This document shows positions 1-9,169 of a DNA stretch of 64,000 bases, piece by piece. Both the position numbers and the translations under genes were made by a program. A model generated the notes under the pieces. The model was not told where the DNA came from, did no database searches, and saw only the letters and a list, made by a program, of their open reading frames with translations. The stretch lies in the IMG/VR virus record IMGVR_UViG_2907158113_000012, positions 3,283 through 67,282 of that record; one strand, 5' to 3'. Numbering within the stretch: the stretch's first letter is position 1; each line of letters opens with the position of its first letter. This DNA is from a virus (taxonomy: Duplodnaviria > Caudoviricetes).

Positions 1-59
1 TTCCCGGCCTTATCGCGCATTGAATTTGCACTATTTCACACACGGAGGTATCAACGCTC

Positions 60-725
60 ATGAACGCTAGATTTCCCGATAACCCGTTACTCGGTCCGCT
101 ATCACGCGCCGACTTCATTACCGATAATTTGCCGCTAGTCGATACGGTCGTCAATCGCCATTTTCGCTCGCAATGCGCCACTACACGAACGCCACTAGCG
201 GACGCAATCAGCGAAGGTTCAATCGGTCTCATTAACGCTTACGACCGCTATAACGATTCGGCTGTACCGTTCGGCGCATTCGCTTTTCCGCACGTATACG
301 GTGAGATCGCAAACGCGCTATCCCGGCGGCCGACTACCGGCATTAAGATACCGGAGTGGTTATATCCGCTTATTAAACAGATAAACGCCGCAGGTTTAAC
401 GGACGAGCAGCCGGAGGTTGTAGCGCAGGAACTCAGCATTACCGCAGATAAAGCGCGCCAGGCTCTCCGTTGTATACGGATTAAGTCTACGGATGCGCTG
501 CCGGAAAAGGATACACGGGGCCATTCGGACGACTATACGTACCTTGACGCGGACACTTTCCTCGCGAGGTTAAAGCCGCAGCCTAAGCAGATCATCCGCA
601 TGTTGATGGCGGACTATTCGCAATCAGAAGTCGGTCGTGCGCTAGGCATGTCGCGCCAATCCGTTCGAGCAACGGTATTACGTGTCCGCGAGAATTACGA
701 ACGCTACGAAAAAATCAGCGCATAA
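60..725 (+). CDS. Phage sigma-70 family factor, SigF/SigG-like
   Basis: Region 2-like DAISEGSIGLINAYDRY..FGAFAFPHVYGEI; C-terminal HTH SQSEVGRALGMSRQSV; RBS GGAGG. Confidence 0.85.
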   Translation: MNARFPDNPLLGPLSRADFITDNLPLVDTVVNRHFRSQCATTRTPLADAISEGSIGLINAYDRYNDSAVPFGAFAFPHVYGEIANALSRRPTTGIKIPEWLYPLIKQINAAGLTDEQPEVVAQELSITADKARQALRCIRIKSTDALPEKDTRGHSDDYTYLDADTFLARLKPQPKQIIRMLMADYSQSEVGRALGMSRQSVRATVLRVRENYERYEKISA

Positions 726-745
726 ATAAACGAAGGGGTGGTCGC

Positions 746-1195
746 ATGAAATTCCGCAAAAAGCCCGTACTTGTCGATGCAGTCCAGTATACGCCGGGCC
801 TCGAAGACGGCTACGCATGTTACGTAATTGACGGAGGCTTACGCGACAGCCGATTCGTCGGCTACCACGATAAAAGGACGCCGATACCGCCAGCATTCCG
901 CAAAGTTCCCGCAATTAAGACGCTCGAAGGATTCCACGAAATCAGCGCGGATGATTGGATTATTACCGGAGTTGCCGGCGAGCGCTATCCGTGTAAGGCG
1001 GAGGTATTTGCGCAAACATACGAAGCCGTCGACGGACCACCACACGAGGAAGAAGCGCACGAAAGGATACGCGAGGCTTACGAGAGTAGCGCGGGCTTAG
1101 CGGACGACCCGTTTGATTCTTACGCGGGGTTTATTAACGGAGTGGATTACGTATTAGAAGCGCTCGGCATAAAAATCGAAGGAGTGAACGCGTAA
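746..1195 (+). CDS. Conserved phage protein
   Basis: MKFRKKPV..IKTLEG..DWIITGVAGERYPCK pattern typical of small phage proteins; RBS AAGGGG. Confidence 0.7.
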   Translation: MKFRKKPVLVDAVQYTPGLEDGYACYVIDGGLRDSRFVGYHDKRTPIPPAFRKVPAIKTLEGFHEISADDWIITGVAGERYPCKAEVFAQTYEAVDGPPHEEEAHERIREAYESSAGLADDPFDSYAGFINGVDYVLEALGIKIEGVNA

Positions 1196-1626
1196 TGAAA
1201 ACAAGCGAAGCAACGATTAAACCGGTAATAATTCCGCGCGAGGCTGCGGACAGAATCGAAGGTTTGCGGAGCTCAGCGCTGAGTAATGAGCGTATCGTAG
1301 ACGTGTATGTTAGCGAAGGTCGCGGAACTCCTCCGTCTACAAGGGGGATACGCTCAATCTCGTTCGACACGCTACTAACCGCGCTAGTTGTCGGGTATGA
1401 ACGTGAGCTGACGGAGGAAGAAGAGCGCGATATAGCAATCGCTAGCCTGCGTGATTATTACGGTTGGCTCGGCGAACAGGCCGGATACGCGCAAATGCGC
1501 ATCGGAGGAAATCCGCTAGAGTTTAAGCGCACACAGAACGCGATTCGACTCACGCTCAACACGCTAGGCATCATAATCCCCGGTATCAACGAAGTTATCA
1601 ACGAAGCAGAAGGAGGCGCAGCCTAA
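1195..1626 (+). CDS. Hypothetical phage protein
   Basis: TAATG coupling, RBS AAGGAG. Confidence 0.7.
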   Translation: MKTSEATIKPVIIPREAADRIEGLRSSALSNERIVDVYVSEGRGTPPSTRGIRSISFDTLLTALVVGYERELTEEEERDIAIASLRDYYGWLGEQAGYAQMRIGGNPLEFKRTQNAIRLTLNTLGIIIPGINEVINEAEGGAA

Positions 1627-2018
1627 TGTTAAACGCACAGCTCACGCCAGATTACGTAATCCAATCGGACGCCAACGCTCAGAACTTCGTTATTAAACGC
1701 CGCCGCATCGTAGACCCGACGCAGGCTCCCGGTTACAAAGCGGTTGAGGGTAACGCAGTCCCGCCGAAACGCGAGGTATGGGACGACGCGGCGTATTATC
1801 CGGTAAATACGGAGGGTCTACGTGCGGCGCTCGATTATGTACGATTCCATGCGGCGGTAAACGCAGACACGGCGTCGCTTAGCGAATTTATGGCGGCGCT
1901 ACATACGGAAACACTTGCGATAGAATCCGCGCTAGATTCGCAACTTCCGTATTGGCCGGACGTTACCGTTGAAATCACGGGGAAGAAGCGCGCAATTAGC
2001 CCCGAAGACGCTGCGTAA
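1626..2018 (+). CDS. Hypothetical phage protein
   Basis: TAATG coupling, RBS AAGGAGG. Confidence 0.7.
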   Translation: MLNAQLTPDYVIQSDANAQNFVIKRRRIVDPTQAPGYKAVEGNAVPPKREVWDDAAYYPVNTEGLRAALDYVRFHAAVNADTASLSEFMAALHTETLAIESALDSQLPYWPDVTVEITGKKRAISPEDAA

Positions 2019-2130
2019 GTGTTAGCGGAAGGGTAGCGGATTTATCGTCTATTTACCGCCGAAAATCAGGCGTTTACACACCTTCGCCATATTTACGCGG
2101 AGTTATTATACGGATAAGGGAGCGAATGAG

Positions 2131-2421
2131 ATGAGTTGCGATAAAATCATCGTAATGGAAAATAAACACGTTCTATACGTAATCTATCACGAAGGTAATC
2201 CTGCATATACCGGATATGACGGTCAACACGCTTACGATAGTAAAGGCGGCGCTAATATCTCGATAGCAAGAATGGCGAAACGTGCCGTACAGGTCGCGCG
2301 AGGTTGGCATTCTCCTCCGATAAGTTCTGCGGAGTTAAAGGCGTTAGTTGACGTGGAAAAGAAGAAATACACAATAGAAACGTACTGTAAAGTGGAGGTG
2401 TCCTCTGATGTGGCCGTTTAA
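2131..2421 (+). CDS. Hypothetical phage protein
   Basis: RBS AAGGGGAG, 96 aa. Confidence 0.6.
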   Translation: MSCDKIIVMENKHVLYVIYHEGNPAYTGYDGQHAYDSKGGANISIARMAKRAVQVARGWHSPPISSAELKALVDVEKKKYTIETYCKVEVSSDVAV

Positions 2422-2641
2422 GCGCACGAAGTCCGTTCCATTCTGCGACCACGATTGGCGGCTGAACGATACGCGGTTAGTGTATACGAGTGTCGGCTCG
2501 ATCGTCGATGTCGACGATTTCTATACGGTAGTGTGTGTCAAGTGTCACAAAAAGCGGGAGATGGACCGCTTTGACTTCGCACATTTACGCAGGCATTTCA
2601 ACGTAAAAATGCCGGAGGTGACCGCTGATGAATCTGCGTAA
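2408..2641 (+). CDS. Small Cys/His phage protein
   Basis: RBS GGAGGTG; CDHDW..CVKC motif. Confidence 0.65.
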   Translation: MWPFKRTKSVPFCDHDWRLNDTRLVYTSVGSIVDVDDFYTVVCVKCHKKREMDRFDFAHLRRHFNVKMPEVTADESA

Positions 2642-2978
2642 ATTTCCCGTAACTGCGCCGAGCGGCAAAGAATATGAAGCGGAGATCAGACGTGGTTACG
2701 GTGGATTCGGAAGTTTCGCGCTTCATTTCAAGTTGTATGAGCGCCAGGCTGTGCGTGGTCTATTCGGAAAGTTACGTGTAAAGCGTATCTGCGTAGCTGA
2801 CGCGACGTATTGTGAAGCCGAGGTTACCGACGTTATTGCGTTAGTAAAGCGGCAGGTTGAGCGCTTGGAAAAACGCAAACTCGCCGATGCGATGCGCGAG
2901 GCTTCGTACCGCGAGTTCAATGCGTGGGACGGACGAATAGAAACGGAGGTGTCTGCCGATGAAGGCGCGAGTATATGA
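2628..2978 (+). CDS. Hypothetical phage protein
   Basis: RBS GGAGGTG; ends in FNAWDG, similar to the next gene's FREWDG. Confidence 0.65.
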   Translation: MNLRKFPVTAPSGKEYEAEIRRGYGGFGSFALHFKLYERQAVRGLFGKLRVKRICVADATYCEAEVTDVIALVKRQVERLEKRKLADAMREASYREFNAWDGRIETEVSADEGASI

Positions 2979-3240
2979 AAGTGACGGAACAGAGTACCGT
3001 GTTAAAATACGCGAGGTTACGTGGGGTATTCAATGGGCGGAGGTTGTCGTATATGCGCGGAGGAAATACTTCGGATGGCGTAGAGTAGCGAAAGAATCGT
3101 TCGGACACGGTAATTGTTTCTACGACGCAGTTAAGCCGGACTTTATACGGATCGCGAGGGTAGCCGTGAGTTTCTACCACGTTCCGCACATTATCCGTAA
3201 AGGTTCAGTCGATAAATTTCGAGAATGGGACGGGAGGTAA
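2959..3240 (+). CDS. Hypothetical phage protein (possible paralog of previous gene)
   Basis: RBS GGAGGTG; G.EY.V.IR N-terminus and WDGR C-terminus shared with 2628..2978. Confidence 0.6.
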   Translation: MKARVYESDGTEYRVKIREVTWGIQWAEVVVYARRKYFGWRRVAKESFGHGNCFYDAVKPDFIRIARVAVSFYHVPHIIRKGSVDKFREWDGR

Positions 3241-3245
3241 TCGCG

Positions 3246-3647
3246 TTGAAGAAAACGGAGCTGCTCGCAGAACAAAGCCGCCTACTAGCGCTCGCTAACG
3301 AACTAGCGCGTAAGCATTGGGGCGTGGAGTATACGGGAACGCTGACGTTGACTAACCGTTATTGGCGCAGGAGATGGGCTATGTATCGCTATCTACGTAA
3401 TGGAGAGCCGATTCAAGACATCTATATGTCCGGCCCGACAAACGGAGAGCGTCCGGAAGAAGACGTTATCGGATCGCTATTGCATGAGCTTGTGCATTGG
3501 CGGTTGCACACGTTAGGACTGCCCGCGTCCGATATTGACCGCGAATTTATCGCAGAGTGCTTGCGGGTAGGCGCGCCGATATCCGGAGCAGGGGCGGCGC
3601 AAAAGGCGTATGAGCGGTATTTACAAGCGGAGAAGGAGGTAGCGTAA
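3246..3647 (+). CDS. SprT-like zinc metalloprotease
   Basis: LLHELVH (HExxH); TTG start after GGGAGG. Confidence 0.7.
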   Translation: MKKTELLAEQSRLLALANELARKHWGVEYTGTLTLTNRYWRRRWAMYRYLRNGEPIQDIYMSGPTNGERPEEDVIGSLLHELVHWRLHTLGLPASDIDREFIAECLRVGAPISGAGAAQKAYERYLQAEKEVA

Positions 3648-3779
3648 GTGAAGACGGTTAACGATATTATTGCACATTATACGAAGGGTAAAAAGTAAAA
3701 AGAATGAGTGTTCGTATTTTTGTTCGCCTTAAGTTGCATTATTTAAATATTCGAAATATACTCGGAGGTGTCACACGGA

Positions 3780-4043
3780 ATGACGACGGAAACGAAACGA
3801 GATTTACGCGCTGACCTTGCGTTTTGTAATAAGTCCAGCGTTATAGGTGTATATGTACACGAAGCGACTAAGGCGTGGCCTCACGCGATTAAACGCGCAC
3901 TCGCATCTGAGGCGGAAGCTAATCGGCTACGCACCGAGCGTGATCAACTCCGCGCAGGCATCGCGGCCGCAATGACGTATCCGCCCGGAATCATTCGCGC
4001 CAAGCTGCGGAAGGTATTGGAGGCGATCGCGGATGGCGCGTAA
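3780..4043 (+). CDS. Hypothetical phage protein
   Basis: RBS GGAGGTG then ATG at 3780. Confidence 0.6.
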   Translation: MTTETKRDLRADLAFCNKSSVIGVYVHEATKAWPHAIKRALASEAEANRLRTERDQLRAGIAAAMTYPPGIIRAKLRKVLEAIADGA

Positions 4044-4206
4044 TGATATATGGTGCGAACTCTGCGAAGACAAAATGAAAACAACCGCCGTATTTGCGCA
4101 AGGAAGTGGGCGTATTGACATCTGTGACCACTGCGCAACCATGTGCGAATATCCTGCGGAAAAGGATGGTGCTGCGGATGACTCCACGCAAGAAAGCGCC
4201 GCCTAA
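4033..4206 (+). CDS. Small zinc-ribbon protein (57 aa, below ORF-track cutoff)
   Basis: RBS GGAGG; CELC..CDHC. Confidence 0.55.
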   Translation: MARNDIWCELCEDKMKTTAVFAQGSGRIDICDHCATMCEYPAEKDGAADDSTQESAA

Positions 4207-4606
4207 ACCGCGTATCACCGGCGACCAACGCAAAGACTGGCGCAATCTACCTCTCGCGGATTGGAATACGCTAACGGTAATGACGCAGATTATCGAGCTC
4301 AACCGCGAGCGCTACGGTGTCGAAACGTACATTCCGGCTGCGGGGGGTTATCGCTTCGAACAAGGCGTAATCAAACGTGCGCTTACGTTGTACGGTGCGG
4401 GTCCTCTACGCGAAACGATCGAACGTGCCTTCGCAGAACATCGCGTAACACCGCAGTATCCGCAGTTAACGGCGGGATTTTTGATAACGTATATGCTGCC
4501 GAGAATAATGCCGCAAGTCCTTGCGAACGGGCAACGTAAGGAACGGGTAAAGGCAGCGGTAGTAAATGGCGGGATGACTGCGGAGGAATTGGTGGAGTTT
4601 TTATAA
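4178..4606 (+). CDS. Putative replication protein (initiator/loader partner)
   Basis: Directly upstream of DnaC-like and DnaB genes; function inferred from position only. Confidence 0.5.
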   Translation: MTPRKKAPPKPRITGDQRKDWRNLPLADWNTLTVMTQIIELNRERYGVETYIPAAGGYRFEQGVIKRALTLYGAGPLRETIERAFAEHRVTPQYPQLTAGFLITYMLPRIMPQVLANGQRKERVKAAVVNGGMTAEELVEFL

Positions 4607-4796
4607 TATAGTCCCCGACATCAATTTACTTTAAATGGGAGTTGTAAAACACAGTTTTGTCGAATGGGTGACCTGATTACCTAGAAACAAGGTAAAAAAT
4701 AGTAAAATAGCCTCATTTATGTGTTTAAAATGTAAAAATAGTCTTAAAGTCTCATTAGGAGAAAAAGGTAGCATTACAAACGTAAGGAGGAACGCT

Positions 4797-5567
4797 ATGT
4801 CACACGCTAAAAACTGCATATTATCCGGATCCTGTACGCTTGCCGACACCGCCAAGTGTAACGCACGCTGTCCGTCCTTTATCGCATGTCACGGATTCAA
4901 CGGACTCGGAGGACGCGTGGGGGCAGCGAATGTGCCGGCGGATTACAAAGGCGTTACGCTCGCCAACTCACCCGCGCGAAATGGACAGGAAGCAGCGTAC
5001 AAACTGGCGGAGCCCTATGCGATCACTTTCGCGCGGCAATTCGGTGATGCAGGAGAGGAACGCATAAAATCGCTATATCTTTATAGCGAGGAGCCTGGAA
5101 CCGGAAAGACTACACTAGCCGCAGCGCTGTTACACGAATGGGAAATCCGCCATTACATCGGTTCTGTCCAGCGCGGATTACAGCCGCTGGAAAGGCCGGC
5201 GTACTTCTTCGACGTAAACGAATGGCAAGAGCTATACACGGAGTTTACTCGACCGAAAATATCGGAGGAGATTGCGGGTCCAGCATCACGTGAATATTAC
5301 CGCCGGATGCAAGCGGTCAAAAGCGCTCCGTTCGCGGTGCTCGACGATATAGGAGTACGTGATGCAACCGATGGCTTTCGCGGAGATTTGCACAGCGTAA
5401 TTAACTATCGCGTAGCAAACCAACTGACAAGCGTGTATACCTCGAACGTATTACGTGGTGATTTGGCGCAAGTCTTCGACAAGCGACTGGCTGACCGCCT
5501 ACGCGAACAGTGCATAGAGATACGATTTGTCGGCGAGAGTAAGCGAGGTCTACGTAAAACAGCGTAA
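4797..5567 (+). CDS. DnaC/IstB-like AAA+ helicase loader
   Basis: EPGTGKTT Walker A, VLDDIG Walker B, YTSN, DRL motifs; N-terminal Cys cluster; RBS AAGGAGG. Confidence 0.85.
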   Translation: MSHAKNCILSGSCTLADTAKCNARCPSFIACHGFNGLGGRVGAANVPADYKGVTLANSPARNGQEAAYKLAEPYAITFARQFGDAGEERIKSLYLYSEEPGTGKTTLAAALLHEWEIRHYIGSVQRGLQPLERPAYFFDVNEWQELYTEFTRPKISEEIAGPASREYYRRMQAVKSAPFAVLDDIGVRDATDGFRGDLHSVINYRVANQLTSVYTSNVLRGDLAQVFDKRLADRLREQCIEIRFVGESKRGLRKTA

Positions 5568-5794
5568 ATAGACGTTAGGATGCGATTTCGGGAGAACGCA
5601 TGGTATTACGTGAAAATCGCGGCTATATTCGACAAATTGCGCTATGATAACGCACTGAGAATACATTAACGTACTTAATTATTTCCTAATGACGTCCAAT
5701 AATTTATAAATAATCCCAACTATGTCGAATGAATATCGTCTTATATGGGAGTTGGGTGTTAGGTTAAGCGAGAGTAAAATAGGAGGTGTACCCT

Positions 5795-7150
5795 ATGGCG
5801 GCGCATGGTCAGCAATTACTATCTAAGATCGTAGACACCGGCGATGTCCTGGCGTTAACGCGGCTCGGCATTAAGCGAACAGACTACGCCACAGAAGGCG
5901 AACAGCGAGCGCATGACTTCGTTGTTAAATACGCGGCAGATAACGGCGGAGTAACGCCATCGTTATCGACTTTCGTAGCGGAGTTTCCAGACGAAGTGTG
6001 CGCATATATACCCGGCGTTACGGACTCATTCGATTATTTAGCGCGGGAGCTAAAGGATGCGGCGGGCAAACGTGCAACTGCGAAGCTTCTAAGTGATCCT
6101 AATATGCAACGCGATTTCGACACGAAGACCACGGAAGAATTTGTCGCATCATTGACGAAACAGCTCGAACGGATTAAACTGGAAACACGAACAAATATTC
6201 GTACATTTACAGACGTTTCCAGTGAAACGGATAAGTTTCTAGCGGAGTATCGAGCACGGAAAGCCGGCACGTCATTTCGTATATGGCGTAGTAAATTCGC
6301 ATCTATTAACGATCAAATTGGCGGTTATTTCTCCGGCAACACTTACGCATGGTATGCGCGATCCGGCCGTGGTAAGTCCGTTCTCGTTATGGAGGACGGC
6401 GCGATCGAAGCAGCGTTCCAAGGCGCAACTGTTCTCGTGTGGGCGCTTGAGATGAGCGAGTTTGAGTGGATGGCGAGGGCATACTCGTCAATTAGCGCAA
6501 GGCTCGGATTAGTGAACGCTAACATCGACGGAGTTGATTATGCGGCAGGCTTCGAAAATAAGGCGCTGCTTATGGGGCGCTTAACCGACGAGTTCGAGAC
6601 GGAATTTGAAACATTCCTCCGGACGCTGAACGAATTGATTCCGGGACGCATCATACTCCGCGCTGCAGATAGCGAAGGTTTTACGGAGCGAGGGATTACG
6701 CAATTAGAGGCAGACATTCGCGAAACAGAGGCGGACGTTGTCGTAGTGGATCCGATATATCTTATGGATTACGAAGCGAATACGTCGCGTGTGGCTGGCG
6801 GAGATGTGGCGGCGACTAGCGTTAAGATTAAGAGACTCGCGGGCCAGACGAAGACCGTTATCCACATCGTGACGCAGGCGGATGAAGATGCGTCAGAGAA
6901 GAACGAAGACGGAACGCGCGAGTTAAGGCCGCCGAAGCGTGCGGAGATTAAGAAGTCGAAAGCGATTCTTGAGGATGCCGCGAACATTTTCGGAATAGAT
7001 ACGCTGGCACACGAAGGGCGCGGCGTAATCGAACTCGGCAAAGGGCGTAATGGCGGCGAGGATACGCGCGTTGAGATCGTATATCTACCGAATTGGGGCA
7101 TCGTACAGGAGACGGATTTAGCGGGTGAAGCTGCGCATTTTGTTGCGTAA
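5795..7150 (+). CDS. DnaB-like replicative helicase
   Basis: ARSGRGKS, ALEM, VVVDPIYLM, KGRNG motifs. Confidence 0.9.
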   Translation: MAAHGQQLLSKIVDTGDVLALTRLGIKRTDYATEGEQRAHDFVVKYAADNGGVTPSLSTFVAEFPDEVCAYIPGVTDSFDYLARELKDAAGKRATAKLLSDPNMQRDFDTKTTEEFVASLTKQLERIKLETRTNIRTFTDVSSETDKFLAEYRARKAGTSFRIWRSKFASINDQIGGYFSGNTYAWYARSGRGKSVLVMEDGAIEAAFQGATVLVWALEMSEFEWMARAYSSISARLGLVNANIDGVDYAAGFENKALLMGRLTDEFETEFETFLRTLNELIPGRIILRAADSEGFTERGITQLEADIRETEADVVVVDPIYLMDYEANTSRVAGGDVAATSVKIKRLAGQTKTVIHIVTQADEDASEKNEDGTRELRPPKRAEIKKSKAILEDAANIFGIDTLAHEGRGVIELGKGRNGGEDTRVEIVYLPNWGIVQETDLAGEAAHFVA

Positions 7151-7180
7151 TCTTGTTGTTTAATATAAATTAAACACGTA

Positions 7181-7209
7181 TTGACATAGTTAAACTTCGG
7201 TTGTAATAT
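7181..7209 (+). promoter_or_regulatory. SigA-type promoter
   Basis: TTGACA-N17-TAATAT with AT-rich upstream region. Confidence 0.7.
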
Positions 7210-7242
7210 TAAGGCATGCTTAAGAGAGAGAGGTTTACGCAC

Positions 7243-7737
7243 ATGCTTACATTCCCTAATATTATGACAAAGTTTAGAGAAGAATCCGGACTAACTTTGC
7301 GCGAGTTATCCGCCATTGTCAATATAAGCGCGGGACAGTTGTCGAATTACGAGAGAGGGACCAGTCGGCCAAAGAAGGAAGCAGTGATTGCGATAGCTAA
7401 AGCAATAGGGATTCCGACAGACACTGCTCTACTTGCATCTGGTTACTCTCCAATGTACTACAGTCAGGGAGATACTGAAGTAATGCAAATTGCAGAAGAA
7501 ACAGCTATTTACTTTGGAGCACTAACTGTCTATAGTCGAGTATCTCCTCTTATAGAGAAAGTGGTTAACGGTGAAGACATGCAGGATTTAAAAATATCCA
7601 TCCTAGATGCTAACGCAGATGCAAACCTACCTCCTTATTTGGCGGCAGCTTTAGCAAAAGCAGATGTAGCTATGAAACTGCTTGAGGATGCAGCTTTCGA
7701 GATTACGAAAGCTCGTAACGATGCTTTTCACCGCTGA
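7243..7737 (+). CDS. XRE/Cro-C1 HTH regulator
   Basis: LTLRELSAIVNISAGQLSNYERG HTH; lower GC than neighbours. Confidence 0.85.
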   Translation: MLTFPNIMTKFREESGLTLRELSAIVNISAGQLSNYERGTSRPKKEAVIAIAKAIGIPTDTALLASGYSPMYYSQGDTEVMQIAEETAIYFGALTVYSRVSPLIEKVVNGEDMQDLKISILDANADANLPPYLAAALAKADVAMKLLEDAAFEITKARNDAFHR

Positions 7738-7777
7738 GCTTTTGGAGTTAGTTATTATGCTTTAAGGAGGTGAATAA

Positions 7778-8731
7778 ATGAACGCAATCAATCACGAACT
7801 GTTCCTTTCCGCAATCGAACGCTACCCCTGGCGCAATCCTCTCTACGCACGCGGACGCTTAATCGCATCTTCACCGTTCGGCTCACGCGCGGATAATACG
7901 CCGTCATTTTCCGTAGTTATCGATCCTGACGCGGAAGGCTTCGGATGCTGGAACGATGCAGGGGCCGTAGATCCGGAGTGGGCACGTGGTTCCCCTGTAA
8001 AAATTTATGCGTTTTTGCGCAACATTACGCTGCGGGAAGCGTTTGAAGAGTTAACGGTTGCTGACGTGGACGAGCGTCCTACGCTACGTATCCGATTGAA
8101 CGCACCCGAACCGCAAGCTGCCATACGTAAGCCGATCGATATGTCCCCGTACATACAACGAGAGATTCCGTACTTAACTAATCGAGGAATAGCGCCAGTT
8201 ATACAGCGGCTTTACAGATGCGGCTACGACGTCGCGAATAACGCGGTAGTTATGCCGTGGACAAGCCCGGTCGGAACGTTCCTTAACGCAAAATTCCGTG
8301 CGACTTGGGGAAAAGCCTTCTGGTACGCGAAAGGTGGAGCGCCAGTTAAGTCGATGATATACGGAATAGATATCGCTTATCGGCGGAATATCAAACGCGC
8401 GGTCATCGGTGAGGCTGAGATCGACGCAATGACGGCGAGTACGGCGGGTACGTTCGGCTTAGCGGTCGGCGGATCGGAGTTTACCGAGGAGAAGGCGAAT
8501 CTACTGCGGCGTAGTCCGATCGAGGAACTTTTGATAGCGGGAGATAACGATGCGGCCGGCGAGAAGCTGCGGTGGGAAATCGAAAAGAAGATGCGCGGGT
8601 ACGTGCGATTGTACAACGTAGAGATTCCGAACAGCGCGAAGGACTTTAACGCGGCGGGGATTGAGGCAACGAGAGAAGCATGCGAGGCAGCAAAACGGAT
8701 AGATGCGATTCGCGTGCGTTTGTGTACGTGA
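7778..8731 (+). CDS. DNA primase (TOPRIM)
   Basis: IGEAEIDAMT and AGDNDAAG motifs, KDFN. Confidence 0.85.
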   Translation: MNAINHELFLSAIERYPWRNPLYARGRLIASSPFGSRADNTPSFSVVIDPDAEGFGCWNDAGAVDPEWARGSPVKIYAFLRNITLREAFEELTVADVDERPTLRIRLNAPEPQAAIRKPIDMSPYIQREIPYLTNRGIAPVIQRLYRCGYDVANNAVVMPWTSPVGTFLNAKFRATWGKAFWYAKGGAPVKSMIYGIDIAYRRNIKRAVIGEAEIDAMTASTAGTFGLAVGGSEFTEEKANLLRRSPIEELLIAGDNDAAGEKLRWEIEKKMRGYVRLYNVEIPNSAKDFNAAGIEATREACEAAKRIDAIRVRLCT

Positions 8732-8752
8732 AATGTCGTAAAATTTGACGAC
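8731..8752. repeat. 22-bp imperfect palindrome, identical copy at 59908..59929
   Basis: AAATGTCGTAAAATTTGACGAC at both places. Confidence 0.85.
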
Positions 8753-8773
8753 TTTTTGTCGGTACGAACGAAA

Positions 8774-9016
8774 TTAATCGTCCGTTGCCTTAACGGGAGC
8801 TTCTTCCCATTCGTACAAGTCGTACGGGGAGTCAAGACCGAGAACTTCCGCAATCGTCCGCGCTTTGTCGAGGCCCATAACGCCCACACGTTTCCGGTCG
8901 TTTATCCAATGACCGATTTGCGAACGGGAGTATCCGGTCCTGCGGCTAAGCTCAGCCTGCGATAGTTTACGTTCTTTGAGTAGCGCCCGAAGTCGGCATT
9001 CACCGACAACGTACAT
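8774..9016 (-). CDS. Small XRE HTH regulator (repressor/Cro-like)
   Basis: LSQAELSRRTGYSRSQIGHW; RBS GGAGG on - strand; divergent from 9170. Confidence 0.85.
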   Translation of the reverse strand: MYVVGECRLRALLKERKLSQAELSRRTGYSRSQIGHWINDRKRVGVMGLDKARTIAEVLGLDSPYDLYEWEEAPVKATDD

Positions 9017-9074
9017 TATAGCGCCTCCGATACTTTGCGAAATGATAACTTAATTATTCTAACATATTTTTCTT

Positions 9075-9123
9075 GTAAAAGTGTGCGGGGCATTTGAGCA
9101 TGTCGGCTTTATATATGTAAGGC
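9075..9123 (+). promoter_or_regulatory. 49-bp motif repeated at 21044..21092 (candidate phage promoter/operator)
   Basis: 43/49 identity between copies; both precede operon starts. Confidence 0.7.
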
Positions 9124-9169
9124 AGACAAGCATTGAAATTATAAATATCTCTTGAGGAGTTGTTGAGTA

